From contig OZ287069.1 in assembly GCA_965645245.1 (NCBI GenBank), positions 2,108,001 through 2,172,000 of the forward strand: DNA of 64,000 nt, given 5' to 3'. Each line of letters begins with the position of its first letter. Within the stretch, counting starts at the first letter, position 1. The notes beneath the pieces were generated by a model that was given only the letters and a program-made list of their open reading frames with translations, ran no database searches and had not been told where the DNA came from. Origin of the DNA: Massalongia carnosa (lineage: Eukaryota). Both the position numbers and the translations under genes were made by a program. This document shows, in pieces, positions 48,710 to 60,679 of the stretch.

Positions 48710-50487
48710 TGTTAGAAAGGCTGTAATCTATCGGCTGAATGATGCCAGCGAGGTAGGACTGAAATGAACCCAAAGGATCGATGGCTCGGTTTTCGCAGGC
48801 TTCGGAGCGAATAAAAGCTACATCAAGGGATACCAGGCGGCCGCATTGTTGACCTGGGTGTTCCGATCACGTTCGTATGCGACGGAGAATCATAGCAGAG
48901 CTATACACAATCAGGAGGTGCGCTGGCCCTTGCTGATCTCGAACGTGATGAGCCAACCTGCAGGGAAATGGGCGAAATGGAAGTAGGTTTGTCGTTGACC
49001 CGTTAGCATTAAATGTTTGATAGAGAAAGTATTCTGCACAGGGTGCAACTATGTACAGGGGATAAAAAATGCATTATTTAAGGTTTGATCGATTTGCTGT
49101 TTGGGTTTCTGGTTTATCCAGTTCTAGACCGCGAATCACAATTACCACCCTAGACAACACCAACACCAGCAAACCAAACCATACCAACCCTCTGTAAGAC
49201 GTATTTGCAACCCCTGGTGGCTTGAGTTTGATTATATCGCCCATATGAAAACGCTTTGTTACAAACGCAATGAGACTCATAGTGTAAAACTATGAGTGTA
49301 CTGTACTCCGTCGACCGTGAAAACCAAGTGCATGCACTCGCCATCGAACGTGCGCCATCTCCGACAGCTAAACCGTCAACAACTTATCGGTGCAATAAAA
49401 ATTCTTGGCGAACGAAATGATTTGCGGTATATAACTCGTGCGAAACCAGACCCAACCAAGATCATCCCATGAAGAAGAATTATCTTCATATAATTCCTCA
49501 GGTCTATACTTGCGAGACTCAATATTTCAGAGTTTCGGCTTATCCTTAGGATAAAGGCGCTACATGATGAACTGAGGGCATATGTTTTGAATCTTATGCA
49601 ATCATTGCAATGGAGTTCAACTTAGAAGTGGCCTATAATAGCGTGCTACTTCGGAGGGAGTAAAAAAAAGGAGAAGCAACTTCCAGCCCCATTGTGTCTT
49701 TCCCTAACCTGTGGCACTTTTCCCTGTATTTCATATAAAGGGTGGTAGAGGCTGTTCTTTAACCAACTTGATTGAGAAATTTCCCATTAAATGTCCTTGT
49801 TACAAGTACTTGGTACTTGTTGCTACCCATACAGTCCAGCATGGCTAAGACGGCAGTTTTGGAACAGTAAAATGAACTCCATGGCTATAAGGCATTTGCA
49901 TTAAAGGCCTCGCAGAGAAATGATCCCCTAGGTAAGTCCGTCTAAATCATTTTCACCGTACTTGACTGGCTGGTTTCTTCGCGATTCTCCTGGCCTCATT
50001 CCGTTTCCTCTAAACGTGTTAAGCTTAGTGTATTAGGCAGTAATATTTTGAGTTATAGAATGCCCTCAGTATTGCGCACTTAGTTTACGGCTTAAGTAGT
50101 AGAATCTTTAGAAAAGGTCGATGACTCGCCATTCCAACGACTTCAGTAAACCAAACAGAGTTTATCATCGTCGCTTCCTATGAAAACGCTCCCGGAAACC
50201 TCGATAATAGAGGGACAACATATAAGAAACATTGAGTCATAAAACTGATGTACGGGGAAGTGGTCAAGTGATGGAAGTAGGGAAAGGGGTTACGAAGCTG
50301 AATGGAACAACTGCTTACCTCCCGCCTGACACAAATCCGAGCCATCTTGGAAGAATGTGATGACTTCATTGGACTCGATTCACTGGATGTGTTTGCAGCA
50401 TCGACTACTTAATCCGCCAATCTTCAAACTCTCAAGCTGCTTTCTTTATTTCAACTTGTGAACTTTTCTCATTGCCCATCAGCTAAG

Positions 50488-52066
50488 ATGGATTCACACC
50501 TCAACAATCAATACCAGAAAGAGCCCAAAACAAGATATCATTCCAATTCATTTAATGCTCTCGTCAAGTCTGACTTTAGTAAGCTCCTTCAACCACCCTT
50601 GAAAACGATTTCAGATGAATACTTTTCAGCTGGGGAATCTAAATATGCTTGGTACAGCCCTCACGATTTGAGTACAAGCACATACGGGAAACTGACCAAG
50701 GTAAGAATGCCTAACTAATCACAAGCTCAAGCTCATATGTTATAGCCTTACCGTCGCTTCCTTGAAGCGCAGGAAGCTTTCGTGGTCTACTTTGACAATC
50801 AAGGATTACGACCAGTAGACATTCTTATACAATTCAACCGGTACTTTTCCACAGCTTATGAATTGAGTGATTTAGAAGAACTTAGACATGGTGTGGCGGA
50901 TGGATTTATTCAAAGTCTGCTAGTGATTGCCAAAGGCCACGAATGGTGTAAGCCGCCGTCAGCGCCGGACGATTCAGAGACTCGAGACCTTAACACACTA
51001 AGCTGGACGGCAGAGCAGCGCGCCTACCTAATCTTTTGTGACTCTCGTGGTATGCAGAAGAATGCTACACTCTCGGGATATAACGCAAGGTTTCCTTCTC
51101 ACCCTTCAACAGTCTTGGTAAAAGAAATCAATCGTATCAAGCGTAATCCAGCACAACTAGAACGGTTATTGGGAATAATGCCTAAGTACCCTTGGTGGAC
51201 GCCGGAGCTAAAGCCAGGGGAACGTGGCTATTCTCAAGGGGAAAGGACTAAGAGGCAGAATGAAGCGAGAGAAAGGAATCATCTGAAAAAGACTCAATTC
51301 AGACACATCATGAGAGACATAGAGGATGACAATCCTTTTGATAAGGAGGAGGCGATGAGGTGGGTTATCTCATGCTAAGATTGTGAATCCGCATGGACCG
51401 TTTCGCCTACTCTCGGTTCCATCCTTGCCACCGTGAGGCGCTAATACTATATTGTTATAATCTAGTTCAGCCCTCGCAGGAACCCATTCTCCGAGCTTCT
51501 TCAAGGATCCGGGCATCGAGTTACGCACGTCACCCCCTCTGTCAGTGCTTCCACCAAGGCCTTTGGACCCCCAGCCCATGAGTTCAGACGATGATGGTGC
51601 AGACCACTCTCCGAACCGTTGTCAACACTCGCTTGCACTTAGCTCAAAGATTGCTGGAGCATCCCAGCAACTCCAAATGCCAGAAACTCTGCCATATCTC
51701 AATATCGGTTCCCAGTTGATTGTTCCTACTAAGTATTTCTACCCACCTCTCGAAAACCTTAACAGGTACAGCTCTTCCTTCGACGCGCGCAAGATCTCCA
51801 GACCTAGCGTTGCACCTTCTCACCCCAACAGCACCAGTTTCCCAAGCTCGCTTAGCGATCCGATTATTCCTGCTGCGCGCACCAATCTCCTACGTGATCA
51901 AAACTCCCCACCCTCCAGGCCCCGCCAACCAGATTACCGCTATCGCGAAAGGCGCGATACTTACTGGACACCGCCATCCCTTCATCTACTCTCGCACGCC
52001 CAACCTTCTCCAAGTTCCTCGCCTGCCCAAGCTATTTTCCGCTTGCCCCGAACCCCGGAAAACTGA
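50488..52066 (+). CDS. Hypothetical protein with two short Myb/HTH-like repeats
   Basis: Exons 50488-50700, 50746-51359 and 51466-52066. Introns GTAAGA..TAG and GTGGGT..GCTAAT..TAG join three listed ORFs in frame. Confidence 0.6.
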
Positions 52067-53064
52067 CGGACCGATATCCGGTTCGGCGACCGGCGCAGCG
52101 CGAGCCCTTCTCGCAAGCAGGATCCGATATATTTCGAGCGAAGGGGATAGAATGGTGGGAAGCGTTGAACATCCAAAGTCGAGAGGGGGGGGGAAGCACG
52201 GAACGGGCTTAAGGCATGTGAGGAAATGGGGAAGGGATGCCGAAGCAGAGGAACGAATGTATGGTGATCGCCAACGGGAAGTCTGTGTAGTTTAAGATTA
52301 AAATAGGGAGGGTTTTTACCAATAAGCGTAGAAATCCAGGGGAACGGAGGCGCGGGGGAAGAGACTACGCCTGCGCAATGCTTGAGCGAGCGAGCGAGCA
52401 AGCAAGCGCGCCTTTCGGTTGCCTGCTACTTATCCGGGACCTTGCACTTTAGCAAACTCCGTGCTTCTTCTAGCGTTTCCCCCCCTCCACCCCCAAAAAT
52501 CCTCTCGTCATATGTTGCCATCTGCTTCACATCTCCCGCTCCTCTCCCGCCCCAAAAAAAATAAGTGCTACATACATACGCAGGTAGGTACCACCTCGTC
52601 GTGGACAAAGGCCAAGAAACCGTAAAAAAGGGCGAGGAAATGTATAATTGAGTATGGAAAAAGTAGGGGGATCTTTGAAAGAATAAACATATACCCCCCC
52701 TATACGGGTCCCATACCCGAGCAACAAGCACCACGCCACATCGTCGAAGAGATAGGTATGTACCATATCCTTACAAACCCTTCCCCCCTGGCAAAAAACC
52801 TTCCTAAACCCGCCTCTATCTCCTTTCCCCTTCCTCCCCAAACCCTCCCTCCAATCCTTCAATCCTGTCGGGGAAGTTCATCCCCTTGGCTCGGGCCTAT
52901 AGCCGGCGAAAATTTCGTCGAGGTCCGAAGAGTATGAGGATGATGATGATATAAGTCTAGAAGGGGTGCGGAAATGGTCTAAATTACGCGTTGTCTCGTT
53001 TTGTTTCGTTTCGAGACGATGGGGGTTTTCTGATAGGTGGTTGGGTGGGATACTCCGGGATAGG

Positions 53065-53088
53065 TTGTGTGTGTGTGTGTGTGCGCGC
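53065..53088 (+). repeat. (TG)n microsatellite followed by (CG)n
   Basis: tgtgtgtgtgtgtgtgtgcgcgcg read directly. Confidence 0.8.
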
Positions 53089-53775
53089 GCTTTTTGTGTC
53101 ACATTGATGGGTGATTTCAGTTGGTTTTTTTTTCGGCTGGGGGTATTCTCTGCTTACTTTTCTTGCTGGCATAAATACAATCGTTTGGGGGGATGAGGGG
53201 ATGAAACCCCTTCTGCGTGTAGCTTCTTGCACTGCCCGCTTCACAGGTTTTCTCACATCGTGGCGAAATGGAGGTATGGTCGTTTCTTGGTATGGTGGTG
53301 GAGCCTGCCGTCGCAGGTTGGAAGCTAGGATCTCTGGCTCATGGGGTAATTACGGGCTTTTTCATGATATGAGAGGTGGGGAGCATGGAAAGCTTGGTCC
53401 GATACAGGACTTGGGAACTCTGAGATCTTGATATTTGCGGGTCGCGTTCTAGAAGGAACGTTAGTTGTCGGAGAGGATTCTAGCTGTTCGTACATTGGGG
53501 CGAAAACGAGGAGAATCAACGAGGGGGCTTTGGAGATTGCTATACTATATAAGTTACATAGTGTAAGAGAAATAGACATGTAATGAGCGGAAAGAGAAGC
53601 TATTATTGGTGTTCATTTGAGACCTAAGAGCAAACAGAGAGCTAAGCTTGACGCCAAAGGAGAAGTTGCGTAGCAGATAGATTAGACCAAGCGATGATGG
53701 GTTTCAGCGGATTGGACGGGGATTTATAACCATAGCGTTTATGGATAGAGATCAGTTTTGAACATTTACGGCAAC

Positions 53776-56209
53776 TAGGGCTAGGATATGTATTAAACAT
53801 GTTTATTGACTAACCCGATCGGGAAGTGTTTAATACGTGTCAGTTGGCCCAACTGACAGACATAGGGATTAGCTACAGGGGGGGAGGGGGGGGGGCGGAA
53901 GAAGCGGGAAGATAGAAAGTGGGGAAAAGATACTTTATTTTGTTAGCAATTTGCGTACAATTTTATGTATCTCCTACTCTACTAGCTAGGTGTTTATCCA
54001 AGCTCTCGTCGCATCAGCAAATATCGTTTGACTCGCCGGTCTTTTCGATGATGACATGGACGTATCAGATAAAGAGATCTCTTCTTGCAGTAGTCTATCC
54101 TCCATCTCACAAAGATCCGTCTCATTGATGTCGATGCCAGCAAACTGAAGCTTGCTTTTGAAATCTGTTGGCCGATTAAGAGTACGCTCATTCATGTAAA
54201 TAAACATGAGTTTATCGACATTGATGGAATGTAGAGAGTTCCGACTTTTGGTCATGATCAAATTCATGACCGACCAATTTCTTTCTGCCAGCACCGAATT
54301 AGCAGGCAGCATTATTACCTTTCTAGCTATGTTGCTGAGATCAAAAGCAAAGCTTCTGGAAAAGTTCCAAAACAGCTCCGAATCCGTTTGATATGTCCAG
54401 CATTCGGAGGCAGGATAAAAACCGTCTTCTTGATTTCGAAAAGAAAGCCATTGCTTCATTGCCGACTTTGCTTCTTCAACGTTCAGATATTCAGCAAAGA
54501 ATCTATGCATGATAGAGAAAAATGCCTGCGACGTGGATACTCCAATCACCTGAATGTTATGATTCTGAGGAACCAACAGAGCTGCTACCACATGAAGTTC
54601 AGTTATTTGACTGAGATATCGATCTTCCCAAACTATCTCTGCAATGTGATGCAAATCCATCTCAGAATCTTCATCCTCTTTGGCCATTGTATATAGGTGA
54701 GATCGAAGCCTGTTCCAATTGGCAGTCACCGCGTACAGTTTATGCCCCTCGGCCTCGGACATGTATTGTGCTTTATGTATGGGATCAAGAATTTTCTGTA
54801 CGATGGCCAGCTTTTTCCAAAACGAGAAGTCGTTGACGAATGTTCCTAAAGGATGACTTCTGCCCTGATCAATGCCCGGAGCATTTTGCTGAAAATAATC
54901 CAAAATTGCATGCTTGCTTTTTAGCACCGAGTTCAAAAGGCCTACAGTCGTACCCCATCTGGTCAAACCGTTGAGAATCAGTGATTGACGTTGATTGTAT
55001 GCCTTTGAAAGTTAGAAATTAGCAATGACGTTTTGATGCCGCATTGAAATTTCATTCCTACTTACCTTCATCTGAAAATTCCATAGAATGGCCAATTCTT
55101 TATTCGATCCACGAAAAGCTATCACTATCGACTGAGCTTTTTGCATGATGTCTGCAAAAAAAGGAAGCTTCAAAATGTCTCCCAAAAGAAGCTGTAAACC
55201 GTGACTGTCGCAAGGAACGAAAAAGACGTGTCTCATCTCAGGAAACTTTCGAATTTCAGACCACATGGCCTTCATAGTAGAGCAAGTATCTGTTCCTATA
55301 CAATTGACTCTCCAGAGCTGATTATTGGTCGCTTCTCTACAGCCTTTTATCATCCACTCAGCTTGAACAGCTGCAGTCATCGTCTCAGCGATGCCGGCCA
55401 TTGCTTTTAAATGAAAGCCCCCCCCTCGAGAGGTAGCTGATGAAGGGACATGACAACAGAGATTAATAACCCGTTCCTTCTTAATGTTGGCCGTTTCGTC
55501 GGTAAAGAAGTTGAGATAACTGCAGGCATCTAACTGCTGATTTACTTTCAGTTTAACCGTCTCATAGGCGTCGTCCAATAATTTCCCGCCAACGAGCTTA
55601 TGATGTGGAGGTTTATATCCAGGATGCAGTGCTTGATGATGAGCAATCACATAGGGATTTTCGAAGTGGTTAAACGGAAGATTGCTCATAAAGACGGACA
55701 TTGCAGCAGCGCGATGAGCATGCGCAACTTGGGCTTGATTTAAGGGACGAATCAAAGGGGTGATGGGCAATTGAATCAAAGGTTTGCTGCTCCTAGAAGA
55801 CGTCTCTTGCTGTCTTCTTTCTTGCACTTCTTGAAAGGCATTGCATGTCTGCAAATGCTGCTGACCCCTGGTAGCAACTTTGGCAGACTGATATCCGCAA
55901 TGCGTACAACGATGCTGAGGGTATTTCATGCCTTCAATGATGACATCAACGAAATTCTCATCTACCAATGCATTTTTCGGTCGACCGCCAGAATGTCCAG
56001 ATTGTCGAGACATGATCAATGTATGTATAGAGATAATAGGAAGGTACCTCAAATTAGGTAGAAATGTCTAGTAATTTCAGGTATTGATCTATGAGAAAGA
56101 TAAATTTGACATGCTTAAGTAATATTATACCAAAAAGACAGGGTCCAAGTCTGCACGTGACGTATAATACGTGTCAGTTGGCCCAACTGACGTATTTTTC
56201 CTAGCCCTA
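53776..56209 (-). mobile_element. hAT-superfamily DNA transposon, apparently intact (2434 bp)
   Basis: 11-bp perfect TIR TAGGGCTAGGA. Perfect 8-bp target-site duplication ACGGCAAC at 53768-75 and 56210-17. Internal hAT transposase. Confidence 0.95.
53986..56013 (-). CDS. hAT transposase (BED-like zinc finger, DUF659-type core, C-terminal dimerisation region), ~654 aa
   Basis: Exons 56013-55066 and 55002-53986, with a 63-nt intron GTAAGT..CTAAC..AAG. Motifs CTHC..HLQTC, FFTDET, IGTDT, CDSHGLQL, TRWGT and PANSVLAERNWS. Confidence 0.9.
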
Positions 56210-57054
56210 ACGGCAACATCAAATGGCTTTAGAGCCATATGCACCAAGCTCCAGTTGCCGCCTCTCGTTTCCGGTTTATCTAGCCTCTCCTAACTTGTGG
56301 ATTCTGAGCGGAGCCAAGGTTGATTGCGTGGTTGCTTAAGGCTAAGTTCAACCTAGTGGATGCTCTGCGGCATGCCACGCGCTTTAATGGTCGCGTGTTC
56401 ACATTTTATCATTTTTTCCTAGCGGGCTTTTCGGCATTCTCAGAGGTTGGAAATAACTAGAGTTTTAGGTCTGGAGTCTGATTCGCTTATTTAGGCGATA
56501 AAGACAATCTTCAAATTCTGTCGAGTTTGTACTTTTTCTGATTGCAAGGAACGTAAGACGTTTTGACATATAGCAATTTTAACCACTCCCGAGGGGGCCC
56601 ATCTTTCAACCAAGGATTGTGTGTTAAAAGATAGGGGGCATTGATCAGAAGTGAAACTTGAATCATCAAAAACACGGCGGATTTCCTGAAGAATCAAAAG
56701 AGCTAGAAAACTCTAGCGCATAGACTTCTGAAACTGAGGTAGGAGGAGATTGACTTGAGGACCTGCCGTGTGGCACGGAAGCGAAGACCCTGCAAAACAA
56801 AATAGGTATCTAGACGAAAGTATAACGAGCGAAACCCAAGGGATAGCGGTACAACTCAGGCTTCCACCTAAACTAGCTATACAAAGAAGACACAAAAACA
56901 TCCTATCTCGATTCTGATACCTGCCGTGCGTTCCCGTCCATCTGTTAAGTCTGCTGATGCACCTCATAAACTGTATAGGCATCTGTTGGGATGGATACTT
57001 TGTTTAGTAATGAGTTGTTTCTCTTTCCTTTTCCTCATCTTTGAATTTTTAGAA

Positions 57055-58027
57055 ATGCATTCTTCATTGACCATACCAGTATACACTCTGGCTTTCGTGA
57101 TCAGCGGTCATTCGCTTGTACTCAGTGACCTTTCTTCTCTGGATGAGAGTTGGCCTTCGTTCACATCCAACGAAATTGGCACGTCCAATCCAGCCGCAGA
57201 TTATGTTGTAGATTCAAGTGTACCTTTAGATGCGTCGACCGAGCCAAATGCATTCGCCGTTCCAAATGGGGTTATCAAGCCTGATCCGTTCGATCAGGCC
57301 TTGAATGGTCTCGCAGATTCAAGTTGGCCTGTTCTAGATGATGAACTGGGCTTGAACTTCATCGGCAATAGCGGAAATGCGCGCTGCTCCGGTGCTAATC
57401 AAGCGAATCGTAAAACTCGAGCACGAGAAAATATATTTTGTCCGAAGCCAGGAACAGATACAGAAATAGAGACAGAACCAGAAACGAACACGGGAACCCA
57501 AGGCCATGGCGGGAGGGTATACGAGGAGGGCGATCATCCTATGGACTCGCCCAACCATCCGGTCAATAAGCCGGTGCCCAAAACCGAAACGCAACCCAAT
57601 GCAGACGCTCCAACGAACCCCCCTAAAGATATACATGATGAGTGCAGCCGTTATATGAAGGGTATCTTCAACTACGCCGTCTGTAGCTCGAAAGACCCGG
57701 CAGACATCGTGCTGGCCCCGGTTCTAGGCATGGTGTTCTACAATTTAAAACATTGCTCTCTTGGTACGTGGCTTCGTGCTTCAGGCAATTGAAATAAGAT
57801 TATTTCATGGCTGATAGTGATGGGTAGTTATCACCCAACTGGGCACCTGTCCGGCTGAATCATCAACGTGGTGCTGCGTGATCCACAAATCAGACAGGGA
57901 AAGTACGGCGTATGGTTGCCTTAAGCTCGACGATCTCCGCCACCGTAAGTCATTCACGTAAAGCAATAATGTAAAGTGAAACACACCTAATGTCTCTACA
58001 GAGAATACCCATCCGCAGAAACAATAA
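57055..58027 (+). CDS. Putative secreted protein with Cys-rich C-terminal domain
   Basis: Signal-peptide-like start MHSSLTIPVYTLAFVISGHS. Exons 57055-57763, 57828-57944 and 58002-58027 have GTACGT/GTAAGT donors and branch sites. The C-terminal ~85 aa contain 7 Cys, including a CC pair. Confidence 0.6.
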
Positions 58028-59141
58028 CGTTTCCGGCGGGAATCGAGAATCTGGGATGGAATTCCTGAGCGTGAATTATCAATTGAACATTTCGATTCGT
58101 CCCCTTAAATAGCGCCTAAGTCGGCTTCCGAAGACTTAGACCATCAAGTTTCTCACTATCAGATCTTTTTGATTCTCGTATCTTCTTTGTATCACCCTGA
58201 TTAGAGTGAGGTGTTCCCCCCGCTTAAAGTTCTGGACAAGCTTTGGAATTCCCGGAATCCTCGGGGAGGCTTTTGTGATCTCTGGCTCAAGATCCGGATG
58301 GTGTGTAAAGAGCTACCCATGGCTGAACCTCCAGGCTCGAATCCAAAGGCTTCCTAAGTGCATCTTTAGGTTGGTTGAGATTCATAGCTCCTTTTGCCCG
58401 AAGCTCTGCCTGTACAAGCCCCTCGTTTGTAGCCTTCTGTGTTCTATGAAATCAGCGTTACCTCCCGTTATGTTACTGTAAGCAGGTAATGTCCTTGTTC
58501 ATATCGCCGGCCCTAAATCGCACTTCTCAGCCAATGCTTTCATTCACGAGGCATCTTATTTAATATAGAATCGATTGCGAAAATACTGCAACTTCTCTGA
58601 ATCAAAACGTAATTTAAAGGATACAATTTAGTAGGTGAAGGGTTACCTCTCTTTTTGGCTCGAAATAGAAGATATAAGCAAAGGTTACTTCGTTCTAGTC
58701 CAAGGATGGAAAGATGGTGAACGATGAAGGAGTCTTGCTTGGGTGGTAGGTTACGAGGTCGAGTAGTACGCTATCAATATAGCCCTCATGACGATCCTTA
58801 CATGATTATAGGTGTTTATGGGAGAAGCACGAAAGAGGGTAGCCGAATCGTTCCGCTCGACTGTTGGTCTAAGCGCCTTAGTAAGTGAATACTTCAATAT
58901 AAACATGATATAAATCACTGCTTCAACATAGGAAGGATTCTTCCTTGCTTCCCTCATATCTTCCAACCCATCTTATGCAAATCGCATGTACGAAGCACAT
59001 CCAGGCAGTATCTTCAACGATAAACATTCTACGAACGCACTGCTCACTCATCCGCAAGCCTTTACCCGCTCCCAGTCTTCTCACCCTACATATCAACGCC
59101 AATGCCCCCCATGCCACCGTACAGCCTCCATCCTTCGCTCG

Positions 59142-59561
59142 TCAGGATGCCTTCTCGTGGCATGATGATATCGAATGAGTGCTAGATGCCGCCTCCCCTG
59201 GCCTTGGCTTGTTCGCCCCATACCTCTGCCTACCATAATCAAAACCAGCTCCAGATGCTCGTGGGGCATCGTCCTGGTAGCGCCGTTGGTCCTGCAATCG
59301 TTGCACCTCTTGGTGCCGATCCTGGATGCGCCTTACCTCCCTGTAGTCACGCTCCGCATCATTGTAGCCATGGTGGTATCCGCGAGCGTGGCTGTCGCGC
59401 AGGGACCGGAAAGCTTCGCGATTTTTAGACTGGCGCCGGTACCGCTCCTGGAGGTAACCGTCCGCGTACCGATCAAGCTGGCGAGATGTGGCATAAGCTG
59501 CGTCGCGTTCTTTGTGGTAGGCGCGCTTATATTGGTCTTTTCTTCTTGCGTCCATGTTCAT
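59142..59561 (-). CDS. Hypothetical small hydrophilic Arg/Asp/Tyr-rich protein (139 aa)
   Basis: ATG-initiated ORF with biased helical composition and an internal near-repeat (EVRRIQDR/EVQRLQDQ). No recognisable family. Confidence 0.4.
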   Translation of the reverse strand: MNMDARRKDQYKRAYHKERDAAYATSRQLDRYADGYLQERYRRQSKNREAFRSLRDSHARGYHHGYNDAERDYREVRRIQDRHQEVQRLQDQRRYQDDAPRASGAGFDYGRQRYGANKPRPGEAASSTHSISSCHEKAS

Positions 59562-60369
59562 GTCCCTAAGCGTATCAACAAGGCTGCTAGGCCATAATTT
59601 AAATCGTTCGTTCTTGAATCTTCAGCTCGATTGTGGCCGAAAGCAGTTCTGAGGAGATTTCCGAAACCCATTTCCAGATAGTTTTTGAGGTTTTGAAAAG
59701 CGCCGTCTTTAAATGTAGCGTGTTTACTGGTTAGAACCTATGTTGAAGATAAAGAAACGAAAATCGCAGAAGAAAGAATTTAACGAGGCCAAAGCTGATC
59801 AATCCTTGATTTAAAAAGTGACTCATGAACAAAGCATCATCATCGTAGAAGTGCACAAAAAACAGGTCATCGTGTCATGTTGATGCTTCGCATCAATATA
59901 TATGTGTCTAAATGGTGAGTCTGGTAAAAAAGACAACTGACTATAACGCAGCGAGTACCGATAGCGTTACTAGCATCATATTTGGTGATGCCATCTGGCG
60001 GGCCTTGTTGTAGAGGTGTTAGAAAGAGTTATATTAGAAATAGGAGGTTTCAAGACCCGCATGACCAATATTTGGGAGGGCAGTACACATAGCCCCAATG
60101 CCTCTAGTGCTTCCCAAACTACGCCATATTAGATTCCCAGAACGGTCTCAAAGGAACCATGTATCTGACAACGACACGACCTGCTGAAGCAGAGTCATTC
60201 TTAGCAGACAGTCGATGAATAGCAAGCAGATGCGATGGATGAGGATATATCAGTTGCCTCAGTACCTCAGACCTGCCTTGCCCTCGCCACAGCTAAGCCT
60301 TTTCGGATTAGTATATAGCTAGTCAGAAGCTAAGTTAATGTTTAGGATAAGATTCTATTTAGCTTACTA

Positions 60370-60606
60370 CACTACCAGATCCGTGTCATATTACCCAACA
60401 TTACAGCATGGGTCACCTTGGGTAATGATGTGGGTAATGATTACCCAACTTCAGTTTTAACGTCCAATATTACCCAACGTTACAGCACCGTCTTCTTGGG
60501 TAATGATGTGGGTAATGGTTACCCAACTTTAAGTTTAACATCCCATATTACCCAACGTTACAGCACCGTCACCTTGGGTAATGATTACCCAACATTGAGT
60601 TTAAGT
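60370..60606 (+). repeat. CACTA-initiated terminus followed by ~2.7 x 78-79-bp tandem units built from TTACCCA/TGGGTAA inverted motifs
   Basis: CACTACCAGATCCG at 60370. Units start at 60391, 60470 and 60548. There are 11 copies of the 7-mer across both orientations. Confidence 0.75.
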
Positions 60607-60679
60607 CAATAATATCGTACCCGAGCGAGAGGTTAGTAAGCAAACATTGACAAGCCATGCGTACATACACAACGCGCTA

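Noticed and set aside
60391..60606. Palindromic repeat array as a CRISPR
   Set aside because: Eukaryotic context, the sequences between motifs are themselves repeated rather than unique spacers, and no cas genes are present.
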